A stretch of DNA of 64,000 nucleotides from Bacillota bacterium (GTDB taxonomy: Bacteria; Bacillota; Clostridia; Lachnospirales; Anaerotignaceae). Shown piece after piece: positions 52,478-61,612 of the stretch. The DNA lies in contig JAETUG010000002.1 in assembly GCA_021768705.1 (NCBI GenBank), positions 68,336 to 132,335 of the forward strand, given 5' to 3'. Within the stretch, counting starts at the first letter, position 1, and each line of letters starts with the position of its first letter. Made by a program: the position numbers and the translations under genes. Under the pieces are notes generated by a model. It made no database searches and was not told the DNA's origin. It was given only the letters and a program-made list of their open reading frames with translations.

Positions 52478-53401
52478 TCATTTCATCTTTTCCCGTAATT
52501 GCCGGGGCATGCGTGCCATGGCTTTTTCAAAATCCTCTTTTTCCAGCAAGCCCCCTGCTTTACTCACGACAGCAGAGGAAATATAATTTGCCGCCCAAAT
52601 GGCATCGGCAAAGGAAAGACCCAAACGTCTGGCAGAAATGACCGAACCCATGTGGGAATCCCCTGCGCCGATGGTATCCTTCACCAAAGCAGGAACGGGC
52701 GGCGCATAGTGGTCTGTCCCATCAAAGCAATAGGAGCCTTTCTCCCCTAAAGTAATAATGACAGCATTGCTTGTTTTTTCATAGATGGCACGGGCTGCCG
52801 CTTCCACGGTCTTTTCCCCGGTAAAGGCAAGGCTTTCCCCTTCATTCATGTGCAGAATGGGACGAAGGGACAGCATCGCCTCCATACGGTCGGACTGCAT
52901 TTCCATGATGCGGGCACCGGGGGCAAAATAAATGGTATAGGTCGGATGCTTCCGCAAATAGGTGATGATGTTCCAGCCGGTTTTTTCCTCGATCTCCAAA
53001 CCGCAGACATAGACACTGTCGATGGTTTCCGTATCGATCTTTTTCAGATATTCTTCATAAAAGGTATATTCAATGCCGTGGTCTACGATAAAGGTGCGCT
53101 CGCCCCCTGTTTCCACCAAGCAATAGCAGCAGCCGTTTTCTTCGGGACGGCGGACATAAATGGGTACGCCCCGTTCCTGTAATTTTTTATGGACAAAATC
53201 CCCATAGATACCCGTCCCCACCGCCGTACAAAGGCTATAGGGCGCACCAAAATAGCGCAGGATATCGGAAACGATATAAGCGCAGCCCCCCAAAGAACGG
53301 GTCTGGCTGCTGATATGGACATCCTCCCCTGTTTTGGGCAGGTGGGGAATATTTACGATGACATCGACCACCGCAGAGCCGATGACTAAGGTCTGTTTCA
53401 T
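52478..53401 (-). CDS. PfkB-family carbohydrate kinase
   Basis: GGCA, ITLGEKG, DTIGAGD. Confidence 0.9.
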   Translation of the reverse strand: MKQTLVIGSAVVDVIVNIPHLPKTGEDVHISSQTRSLGGCAYIVSDILRYFGAPYSLCTAVGTGIYGDFVHKKLQERGVPIYVRRPEENGCCYCLVETGGERTFIVDHGIEYTFYEEYLKKIDTETIDSVYVCGLEIEEKTGWNIITYLRKHPTYTIYFAPGARIMEMQSDRMEAMLSLRPILHMNEGESLAFTGEKTVEAAARAIYEKTSNAVIITLGEKGSYCFDGTDHYAPPVPALVKDTIGAGDSHMGSVISARRLGLSFADAIWAANYISSAVVSKAGGLLEKEDFEKAMARMPRQLREKMK

Positions 53402-53586
53402 ATAAGATCACTCCAAATACGATTTCAACGATACATTTCATGCTTTCTATAGTATAATAGAAAAAAATAGGCTTGCCCATGAAAAATTTTTAAAAAAGTT
53501 GGGAACTGCTTCCAACGGCATCCGTCTAACGATAAAAAGACAAATGTATATCAAAAAAGGATATGGTTTTTGAAAGGAGAATGGGT

Positions 53587-54315
53587 ATGAAAAAATGGAA
53601 AAAAGTATTGGCTGTTCTGACAGCGACAATGGCTCTGGCCATCGGCGGCACTTGCATGGCTTATGCTGCAGAAGGCGAGATCAACGTAAACGGCACAGGC
53701 GTTGTGCAGGCCGACCCCGATACGGCAGATATCAGCCTGAGTATCGAAACCACCGGAAAGACCTCTCAGGCAGCGCAAAAGGAAAATAATAAAATCGCCC
53801 AGGCAGTAACAAACGCTATGACAGAGCTGGGCATCACCAAAGACAATATTGTAACAACGTATACCTCTGTATATCCCATGTATAACTACGATGATGCAAC
53901 AGGCAAACGCACCATTACAGGCTACCGTTCCGGCACCGACCTGCTGGTGACAACAAAGGATATCAACAACACAGGCAAATATATCGATGCCGCCCTGAAA
54001 GCTGGGGCAACGGGCACCAACGGCGTTTCCTTCTCCCTTTCCGACCAGAGTGCCTATTACGGGCAGGCATTACAGGTAGCAGTGAAAAACGCTGAAAAAT
54101 CCGCAGCTTCCATCGCTCAGGCCTACGGAAAACCCTTGGGTGCAGTGAAGAACGTGACCGAAACTTCCCGTAATGCTTATTATGTGGAAAATGCAAAAAT
54201 GTCCATGGCAAAGGAAGAAGCTGTGGCAGATACCGCAGCGAGCGATGGCGGTACCTCTATCAGCTATGGCAAAATCCAGATCACAGCAAATATTTCCGTC
54301 ACTTACGGCTTCTAA
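53587..54315 (+). CDS. SIMPL (DUF541) domain protein
   Basis: Signal peptide, INVNGTG...PDTA. Confidence 0.85.
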   Translation: MKKWKKVLAVLTATMALAIGGTCMAYAAEGEINVNGTGVVQADPDTADISLSIETTGKTSQAAQKENNKIAQAVTNAMTELGITKDNIVTTYTSVYPMYNYDDATGKRTITGYRSGTDLLVTTKDINNTGKYIDAALKAGATGTNGVSFSLSDQSAYYGQALQVAVKNAEKSAASIAQAYGKPLGAVKNVTETSRNAYYVENAKMSMAKEEAVADTAASDGGTSISYGKIQITANISVTYGF

Positions 54316-54352
54316 AAAATGGAGGATATCCTTTTGGATATCCTCTTATTTT

Positions 54353-54733
54353 TTATTCCCCATAGGGACGAGTTGTTCTGTTGTTTGCACCATATTCCCG
54401 CAGGGCTTTGATTCGTTCATTTTCATCCCATTCGATGACATAAACCCCATCCATCCAACGGGTGGTACCATTCATTGCCAGTGCTTCCATGTGCCATTCC
54501 ACAATGGTTTTATCTTCCGCATGCATAAACTGTTTCACTTTCCAAACATTCATACGGTTATTTTTATGCCAATCCTCAAACCATTGAGCGATCTCTTCTT
54601 TGCCGAAATACTGGTTTCCCCAACATTCTGTATATTCCACATCGTCGGTGAAAATCGCATTCATCGGTGTGATATCATCACCCAGCCACATATCGAACCA
54701 AACCTTGATCGTTTCTTCTCTCTGACGCATCAT
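54353..54733 (-). CDS. SnoaL/NTF2-like protein
   Basis: FTDDVEY...IVEW...LREY. Confidence 0.8.
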   Translation of the reverse strand: MMRQREETIKVWFDMWLGDDITPMNAIFTDDVEYTECWGNQYFGKEEIAQWFEDWHKNNRMNVWKVKQFMHAEDKTIVEWHMEALAMNGTTRWMDGVYVIEWDENERIKALREYGANNRTTRPYGE

Positions 54734-54855
54734 AAACGCACCCCCATCTCTTTTTGTTCCTAATATATGTACAAATGTATTTCTATAGTTTCATTCTAAC
54801 ACAAAACATACGGACTTACAAGGATGAAAACCGCAAAAGCACGGAACACCGCTGG

Positions 54856-54915
54856 GGAAAAAACATCTCCGCCACAAAGACGTTCCACTAAAATTGCTGT
54901 GGAAAAGCTTTTTCC
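54856..54915. repeat. Repeat family 3, copy 2
   Basis: CAAAGACGTT-C-CACTAAAATTGC-T-GTGGA. Confidence 0.6.
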
Positions 54916-55039
54916 TTGGGGCGGATGTGCTTCGGTAAAAATTTATTCCAGAAATGAAAAAATCCCCACCAAAAGGTGGGGATTTCCTAAACAGCCGAAT
55001 ATGACACGGAAAGGCTTATTTCGTACGGCTCAGCCGTCA

Positions 55040-56335
55040 TTATTTCTTTTTGGAAGGGATCAATTTCTTTGTACCGCCCATGTAAGGCCACAGAACTTCG
55101 GGGATATTGACTGTACCATCCGCCTGCAGGTTGTTTTCCAGGAATGCGATCAGCATACGAGGAGGTGCTGCTACTGTGTTGTTCAATGTGTGAGCAAAAT
55201 ATTTCTTACCGTCAGCACCCTGTACACGGATATTCAGACGTCTTGCCTGTGCATCGCCCAGGTTGGAGCAGCTGCCGACTTCGAAATATTTTTTCTGTCT
55301 GGGAGACCATGCTTCTACGTCAACGGATTTTACCTTCAGGTCTGCCAGGTCACCGGAGCAGCATTCCAGTGTTCTTACGGGAATATCCATGGAACGGAAC
55401 AGGTCTACTGTATTCTGCCACAGTTTATCATACCACATGGGGGATTCTTCGGGCTTACATACAACGATCATTTCCTGCTTTTCGAACTGGTGGATGCGGT
55501 AAACGCCTCTTTCTTCAATGCCGTGAGCACCTTTTTCCTTACGGAAGCAAGGGCTGTAGCTTGTCAGTGTCTGGGGCAGGTCTTCTTCCTTATTCATGGA
55601 ATCGATGAATTTACCGATCATGGAATGTTCGGATGTACCGATCAGGTACAGGTCTTCCCCTTCGATCTTATACATCATAGCGTCCATTTCCGCAAAGCTC
55701 ATTACGCCTGTTACCACGTTGGAACGGATCATAAAAGGAGGGATGCAGTATTTGAAGCCTCTGCCAATCATGAAATCTCTGGCATAAGCCAGAACTGCGG
55801 AATGCAGACGAGCGATATCGCCCATCAGATAATAGAAACCGTTACCGGCAACTTTTCTTGCGCTTTCCAGATCGATACCATCGAAGGTTTCCATGATATC
55901 TGTATGGTAAGGGATTTCAAAATCGGGAACCACGGGTTCACCGAATCTCTCTACTTCCACATTTTCACTGTCATCTTTCCCGATGGGAACGGAAGGATCG
56001 ATGATGTTGGGAATTGTCATCATGATGACTTTGATGCGTTCTTCCACTTCTTTTTCTCTTGCGCTGAGAACTTCTACTCTTTCTGCTTCAGCGGCAATCT
56101 GCGCTTTTACCTTTTCTGCTTCTTCTTTTTCGCCTTTGCCCATCAGTGCGCCGATCTGTTTGGAAAGTTTGTTTCTTTCTGCTCTCAGGGCTTCTACTTC
56201 CTGTTTGATGGCTCTGTTTTCTTTATCCAGTTCCAGAACTTCATCTACCAGGGGCAGTTTCTGATCCTGGAATTTTTTGCGGATATTTTCCTTTACAACT
56301 TCAGGGTTTTCTCTTACAAATTTGATGTCTAACAT
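55040..56335 (-). CDS. serS: Serine--tRNA ligase
   Basis: MLDIK, GTSE, FRKE, HQFEKQE, HTLN. Confidence 0.97.
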   Translation of the reverse strand: MLDIKFVRENPEVVKENIRKKFQDQKLPLVDEVLELDKENRAIKQEVEALRAERNKLSKQIGALMGKGEKEEAEKVKAQIAAEAERVEVLSAREKEVEERIKVIMMTIPNIIDPSVPIGKDDSENVEVERFGEPVVPDFEIPYHTDIMETFDGIDLESARKVAGNGFYYLMGDIARLHSAVLAYARDFMIGRGFKYCIPPFMIRSNVVTGVMSFAEMDAMMYKIEGEDLYLIGTSEHSMIGKFIDSMNKEEDLPQTLTSYSPCFRKEKGAHGIEERGVYRIHQFEKQEMIVVCKPEESPMWYDKLWQNTVDLFRSMDIPVRTLECCSGDLADLKVKSVDVEAWSPRQKKYFEVGSCSNLGDAQARRLNIRVQGADGKKYFAHTLNNTVAAPPRMLIAFLENNLQADGTVNIPEVLWPYMGGTKKLIPSKKK

Positions 56336-56496
56336 AGTCTGATGACCTCCTTAAAATATGAAAAAATCACTTGGATTCGGAAATTTTTTGAAAGATGGCA
56401 GCTCTGCTGCCTACTCATACAGTCAGGTTCTCAAATGTCTGGTCAGACACGCAAGCAAGCTTGCATCCTTGCCCAGCCACTTGATAACTCTTCCAT

Positions 56497-56735
56497 AATA
56501 AAAAAATCCCCGATCCCGAAACAAAATTCAGGGACGAGAATTTCCCGCGTTGCCACCCAGATTGCCCGAAGCTCCTTCGGACCTCTTGAACAGCTATAAA
56601 GGGCTTACCCTTCCGATTTTCACCGGCCGCTTGGAAAGTGGAACATTTTTTATCCTCCGCCGATTCGCACCAACCATCGGCTCTCTGCAGGAGACTTTAA
56701 AAATTTAGCTTCCCTTCAGGCTTTCGCCATCGCTA
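56497..56735 (-). ncRNA. T-box riboswitch (Ser, UCC specifier)
   Basis: AGAGAGC...GGTGCGA stem I, UCC at 56640-56642, T-box AATCTGGGTGGCAACGCGGG at 56544-56563, terminator with U-tract; upstream of serS. Confidence 0.9.
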
Positions 56736-56915
56736 TTTTGACTCTATTTTCTGATTATATCACAATAGTAAAAAAATTCAAGTCCTATTTTTCCTGTATT
56801 TGGGGCAGATCTGTCCCACAAAAAATGTAATTTTTTTAAAAAATAGCTCAAATTTTAATACAATTTTAATTTTTCCCTAAAGCCAAATTCTTTCTTTTTG
56901 TGTTATACTATGAAC

Positions 56916-57005
56916 GTACAAGAAACCCCTTTTCCTGTACCACAATATGCCCGGGGTGGCGCGCGCACCCCATTGGATCAACGTCTCCCCTGGCGTTGAT
57001 CCTTT
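56916..57005 (+). ncRNA. Candidate three-hairpin sRNA with CCCCU loops
   Basis: Extended -10 TGTTATACT at 56901-56909, three stems, no ORF. Confidence 0.55.
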
Positions 57006-57009
57006 CCCT

Positions 57010-57088
57010 TTAGAAAAGAAAAATCGAAAGAAACCTTGATTTCAAGTATTTCTTTCGATTTTTTGTTTTCTTATCGGAACTCCTCTAA
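57010..57088. repeat. MITE-like repeat family 2, copy 3
   Basis: TTAGAA...AAAAATCGAAAGAAA...TTTCTTTCGATTTTT...CTCCTCTAA. Confidence 0.7.
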
Positions 57089-57103
57089 TTGGTATTCTTT
57101 TTC

Positions 57104-57910
57104 TTATGCCAAAATAAATTTTTCAATGACTTCCGCCACGCCATTTTCCTCGCAATCCCGTTCAGTAATATAATCCGCCGCAGCTTTTACGTGGGCTTCC
57201 CCATTTTTCATGGCAACGCCCAAACCTGCTTTCCGGATCATAGACAGGTCATTATCGCTATCGCCGATGGCGATGGTGTCCTTCAAATCCACGCCGGCTT
57301 CTCTGGCGGTGGCTTCCAGCGCATTGCCTTTGCTGACGCTTTTTTTCACAAATTCAAGATAAGTCTCCGAAGAATAGAACAAATTCACCTGATCCCCAAT
57401 CAACTCCTCTGCATAGGCCTTCACCTTTTCCAGTGCTTCTCTGGGGCCGCTGAGGAGGCATTTTGTAAATTCTCCCTCATATTCCGTGGGGTCTTTCACA
57501 ATGCGGGGTTCTGTCCGCATGACCTTGCAATAGGACTTCACCACCCCTGTCATCTGTTCCGCCATGAAGTTGCGGTCATCATAATAAAACAATTCCAGAC
57601 CCAATTTCCTTCCATAATCCGCCACAGGCTTCAGCAAACTGGGAGAAAAGCTTTCCTTCAGCACCAGTCTCATATCCCGCAGGTCGTAAACGGCCGCCCC
57701 ATTTTGACAGATAACATACCCTTTTTTGCCGATCAAATCCAATTCTTTCAGGTGTTCTTCCACGCCAAAAACACCCCGTCCTGTGCAGATAACAAAATCC
57801 ACTCCCTTATCCACAGCTTTATGGATAGCAGTAGAGTTTTCCACAGAAACGCGGACTCCTTTCCATAATAATGTGCCATCCATGTCAGAAAATACCATTT
57901 TGTAGCCCAT
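57104..57910 (-). CDS. Cof-type HAD-IIB hydrolase
   Basis: SDMDGTLL, CTGR, SKG, GDSDND. Confidence 0.92.
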   Translation of the reverse strand: MGYKMVFSDMDGTLLWKGVRVSVENSTAIHKAVDKGVDFVICTGRGVFGVEEHLKELDLIGKKGYVICQNGAAVYDLRDMRLVLKESFSPSLLKPVADYGRKLGLELFYYDDRNFMAEQMTGVVKSYCKVMRTEPRIVKDPTEYEGEFTKCLLSGPREALEKVKAYAEELIGDQVNLFYSSETYLEFVKKSVSKGNALEATAREAGVDLKDTIAIGDSDNDLSMIRKAGLGVAMKNGEAHVKAAADYITERDCEENGVAEVIEKFILA

Positions 57911-57948
57911 TTTGGCCTCCTTTGTTTACATAAATACTTCTTCTACCC

Positions 57949-58060
57949 TGTGGATAATCATGTTGATATTGTGGAAAACTGACGGGATAACTGACAATCA
58001 TCCACAAGTTATCCACAAAATGTGGATAAAATTTCAACTTATCCACAGATTTTATCTACA
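57949..58060. promoter_or_regulatory. DnaA-box cluster
   Basis: Perfect boxes at 57949, 58009, 58021 and 58039; one-mismatch boxes at 57970, 57998 and 58052. Confidence 0.8.
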
Positions 58061-58101
58061 GAATAGATATCAAAAAAGGGGCTGATTTCTGCCCCTTTCC
58101 T

Positions 58102-59025
58102 TTAATTTTCTTCGTTTTCTTCCTCTTCTTCCTCAGTTTTTTCAAGGAAAACAGATTCCATAAATACGGGCTCCATGAAAACAGGCTCGGGAATTTCTGC
58201 TTCTTCCACAGGTTCCTCTGTGTTTTCCACAGCCTGTTCTTTCTCTGCTTCCTTGGCTTCTGCGACCCTTGCTTCTTCCCGCATTTTCAGGATAGATTCC
58301 GCCGCAGCAATTTTCCCTGCTAGCGTTTCTTCCTTTAAAATCAGTTCTTTTTCCGCCTGGGTCACATCACCGATGGAAGACATTCTGGGTGCAGGTGCTT
58401 TTTCCTCGGTTTCATCCACCATTTCCACCTGATCCAACGTGATCTGTTCCTCCATAGCTGCATCCTTATCCTTCCGACGGAAGGTAGGCTTGAAGCGAAC
58501 CTTCACAACTTTTTCGTGCTCCGGTTCATAGCTGTTGTTCTTCGCCATTTCCACCGCCTTCACTTCTTCTTCGGAAAGCATATAGGTGCTGACGCCCATT
58601 TCAATGGGCTTTGCATAGGTAAAGGAACCGGTACGGCTATGGATGCCATTCAGCACAACGCCGTTATCATTGCCATCCAAAAACGCCAGAGCAAAACAAA
58701 GATTGCCGCCCATTTCATCGAAGGGGTTATAACGGATAAGACCCACCTTCTGGATCTTGGATTTATCGGTCTTATCCATATCCGTCACCATATCCAACAG
58801 CTTGGAGTATTTCTCTTCAATCTGCTTGGAGGTTTCAAAATATTCTTCAATTTTCATCTCCAGATTATGGGAGGGTCTGCGATTTGCCCCCATAAAATAA
58901 TCATATTTTTTCTTCTGCCCGCTGAACTTGACAAACAGCACGATGCAGAGGATGAATAATACGACCACTGCCGCCGCCAATACCAACAGCAGGATCATTA
59001 TCATTTCCTGTGTCAATTCGATCAT
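58102..59025 (-). CDS. DUF4446 family protein with acidic C-terminal extension
   Basis: TM segment plus KVGLIRYNPFDEMGGNL...YAKPI...LSEEE; downstream of parB. Confidence 0.85.
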   Translation of the reverse strand: MIELTQEMIMILLLVLAAAVVVLFILCIVLFVKFSGQKKKYDYFMGANRRPSHNLEMKIEEYFETSKQIEEKYSKLLDMVTDMDKTDKSKIQKVGLIRYNPFDEMGGNLCFALAFLDGNDNGVVLNGIHSRTGSFTYAKPIEMGVSTYMLSEEEVKAVEMAKNNSYEPEHEKVVKVRFKPTFRRKDKDAAMEEQITLDQVEMVDETEEKAPAPRMSSIGDVTQAEKELILKEETLAGKIAAAESILKMREEARVAEAKEAEKEQAVENTEEPVEEAEIPEPVFMEPVFMESVFLEKTEEEEEENEEN

Positions 59026-59037
59026 GTCCCTCAATCC

Positions 59038-59940
59038 TTATCGTTTCAGGAGCGCCAACAGACGTTCCAAATCATCTTCTGAATAGTATTCGATTTCAAT
59101 TTTGCCTTTATTCCGTTTTCCCATAGGTTTCAGCTTAACCTTTGTGGAAAACAGGGATTTCAGATCATCTTCGATGGAACGATAGGCTGTTTCGTCCACC
59201 TTCGCCACTTCTTCCTTTTTTTCATCAGCTTTTTCCGCCTTTGTCAGACGGGCTTTTACCAATGCCTCCACAGCACGAACGCTGAGCCCTTCTTCGATGA
59301 CATGCTCTGCCAGCTCAAACTGAGCATCTCCATCGGTAATGGGCAGCAATGTGCGGGCGTGTCCGCCGGTCAGCTTATTTTCCACAACGAAATTGCGGAC
59401 ACGAGGGTCCAACTGCAGCAGACGCAGGGAATTTGTGATGGCGGAACGGCTTTTCCCTACCTTTTCTGCGATTTTTTCCTGATTTAGGCCAAATTCCTCC
59501 TGTAAACGCTGATAGCTTTCGGCTTCTTCCATAGGATTCAGGTCTTCTCTTTGGAGGTTTTCCACCAAAGCAGCTTCAAAAGCCTCTCCTTCCTCCCATT
59601 TTTTCACTACTACAGGCACTTTTTCCATGCCGGCGATCTTTGCCGCCCGCCAGCGGCGTTCCCCTGCGATGATCTCATAATACTCACCGGATTTTTTTAC
59701 AACGATGGGCTGAATCATGCCATAGGTTTTCAGAGAAACCGCCAGCTCTTCCAAAGCTGTTTCATCGAAATATTTTCTGGGCTGTCTGCGGTTAGGCTCA
59801 ATCAAGTCCATCTCCAATTCCACCACAGTCTCATCTTTTTTTGCCTGAGGCTGCGCCACACGCATATCCTCCAATTCTGTATTGATAAGAGCATTGATGC
59901 CAAGCCCCTTGGCACCCAATCCTTTTTTCTTCACTGCCAT
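59038..59940 (-). CDS. parB: Chromosome partitioning protein ParB/Spo0J
   Basis: QPRKYF, AGERRWRA, ENLQREDLNP, HTH. Confidence 0.95.
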   Translation of the reverse strand: MAVKKKGLGAKGLGINALINTELEDMRVAQPQAKKDETVVELEMDLIEPNRRQPRKYFDETALEELAVSLKTYGMIQPIVVKKSGEYYEIIAGERRWRAAKIAGMEKVPVVVKKWEEGEAFEAALVENLQREDLNPMEEAESYQRLQEEFGLNQEKIAEKVGKSRSAITNSLRLLQLDPRVRNFVVENKLTGGHARTLLPITDGDAQFELAEHVIEEGLSVRAVEALVKARLTKAEKADEKKEEVAKVDETAYRSIEDDLKSLFSTKVKLKPMGKRNKGKIEIEYYSEDDLERLLALLKR

Positions 59941-59941
59941 A

Positions 59942-60715
59942 TCAATTCCACTCCTTTTCCATGACTTCTTCTGCCAACAATGCATAAGCCTCTGCCCCTT
60001 TGGATTTGGGGTCGTAGAGATTGATCGGCAGGCCGTGGCTGGGGGATTCCCCAAGGCGCACGTTTCTGGGAATGATGGTGCGATATACATTCTGCCCCAG
60101 AGAGCGTTTCACTTCCTCTACCACTTGGAGAGAAAGATTGGTTCTGGCATCAAACATGGTAAAAACAATGCCTTCAATTTCCAGATCAGGATTCAGGCGT
60201 TTTTTCACCAAATTTACCGTATGCAGCAATTGTTCCAAGCCTTCCAAGGCGAAATATTCACACTGGATGGGAACCAAAACCGTATCCGCCGCCACAAGGG
60301 CATTGACGGTGATCATGTTCAGAGAAGGAGGACAGTCAATAATAATAAAATCATAGTTGTCTTTCGTTTCTGCCAGGGCTTCCCGTAGAATAAATTCCCG
60401 TTTTTCGTTGCCAATCAGCTCGATCTCTGCCCCAGTCAGGTTGATATTGGCAGGTACGACCTCCAACCCTTCCACACAGGTGGGCTGTTTCACTTCTTCT
60501 ATATTCGCTTCCCCTAAGAATACATCATAGATAGTCAGAGGAACGCCGTTTTTATCCAATCCAAGACCGCTGGTGGTATTTCCCTGCTGATCCGCATCCA
60601 CGGCAAGAACCTTCTTCCCTTCTGCCACAAGGCAGGCGGAAAGATTGATGGCTGTGGTGGTTTTGCCCACGCCGCCCTTCTGATTCGTCACCGCAATGAC
60701 TCTTACTTTGCTCAT
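59942..60715 (-). CDS. parA: Chromosome partitioning ATPase ParA/Soj
   Basis: NQKGGVGKTT, DCPPSL, QCEYFALEG. Confidence 0.95.
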   Translation of the reverse strand: MSKVRVIAVTNQKGGVGKTTTAINLSACLVAEGKKVLAVDADQQGNTTSGLGLDKNGVPLTIYDVFLGEANIEEVKQPTCVEGLEVVPANINLTGAEIELIGNEKREFILREALAETKDNYDFIIIDCPPSLNMITVNALVAADTVLVPIQCEYFALEGLEQLLHTVNLVKKRLNPDLEIEGIVFTMFDARTNLSLQVVEEVKRSLGQNVYRTIIPRNVRLGESPSHGLPINLYDPKSKGAEAYALLAEEVMEKEWN

Positions 60716-60786
60716 TATTTTTCCCGCCTTTCTGCCTTTGGTTCTATTTCTGTATTGATTATAGCATATCAAATAAAAAAAAGAAA

Positions 60787-60846
60787 TGTTTCACGTGAAA
60801 CATTCCTCTTTTTTTCTCTATTTTTTTGTATGTTTCACGTGAAACA
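60787..60846. promoter_or_regulatory. Two parS sites
   Basis: TGTTTCACGTGAAACA at 60787-60802 and 60831-60846. Confidence 0.95.
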
Positions 60847-60857
60847 TTTCACTGAAA

Positions 60858-61373
60858 TCAATCATATACTTTTGCATTGGAATATGCTGGCAGAGACTTT
60901 TCTTTTGCCAAATGTAATTTCAGCATAGCAAATCTGGCAATGGGCTGTGCAATTAAAAACTCAACTGCAAAGGAAACCGAAAAGTTTCTGGGCCAATTTC
61001 TAACAAAACCATAAATCGGTGCCATCGAAATTTCTCTCATACCAATCCATGTGCCTACAACTGTCAGTACTACAGACATCAGCAGTACACAACAAATAAT
61101 ATTTGCCAGAATAACTGCATGAAAACTGTCCCCTTCGCTGACAATTTTATGCGTCATCTTATTGGCGGGCTTTTCTGTCAGCAAAACCAATACAATCACG
61201 ACAAGCCAAATGAAAGGAATTGTGTGCAGTGCATTTTGATAAACGGACAAATGAAAACCCATTTCCATCATTGTGATCACAGGGGCAATGATGTTTACAG
61301 AAATGATAGAGATGATTGCGATAAAAAATGCCTGTTCCTTTTTGTTTCTAGGTAATTTCATGTAAAAGTCCAT
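60858..61373 (-). CDS. Membrane protein, DUF2798-like
   Basis: LPRNKKE...WPRNF...AQPIAR; lower GC than its neighbours. Confidence 0.7.
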   Translation of the reverse strand: MDFYMKLPRNKKEQAFFIAIISIISVNIIAPVITMMEMGFHLSVYQNALHTIPFIWLVVIVLVLLTEKPANKMTHKIVSEGDSFHAVILANIICCVLLMSVVLTVVGTWIGMREISMAPIYGFVRNWPRNFSVSFAVEFLIAQPIARFAMLKLHLAKEKSLPAYSNAKVYD

Positions 61374-61612
61374 TTCATTTTCTCCTTTACTCATTTTTTG
61401 CGCAAAAAAATACCAACACAAAATGTTTCTCATTGAAACATTCTGTGCTGGTTCTCATTTCACGGATAAAATTCTCCGATCCAGTATTTCTACGCACTCA
61501 ATATTTTTGCCTACAAGAAATATTTTATGTGAAATTATAAAAAATTGCAAACCAAAAAATCACAAATTTTCGTCATTTCCTTTGTGTAAAAAGCGCAGAA
61601 AGCAATCACAAT

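Noticed and set aside
40799-58060. Either DnaA-box cluster as oriC
   Set aside because: No dnaA, dnaN or rpmH is adjacent and there is no clear unwinding element. This cannot be fully excluded without the rest of the genome.
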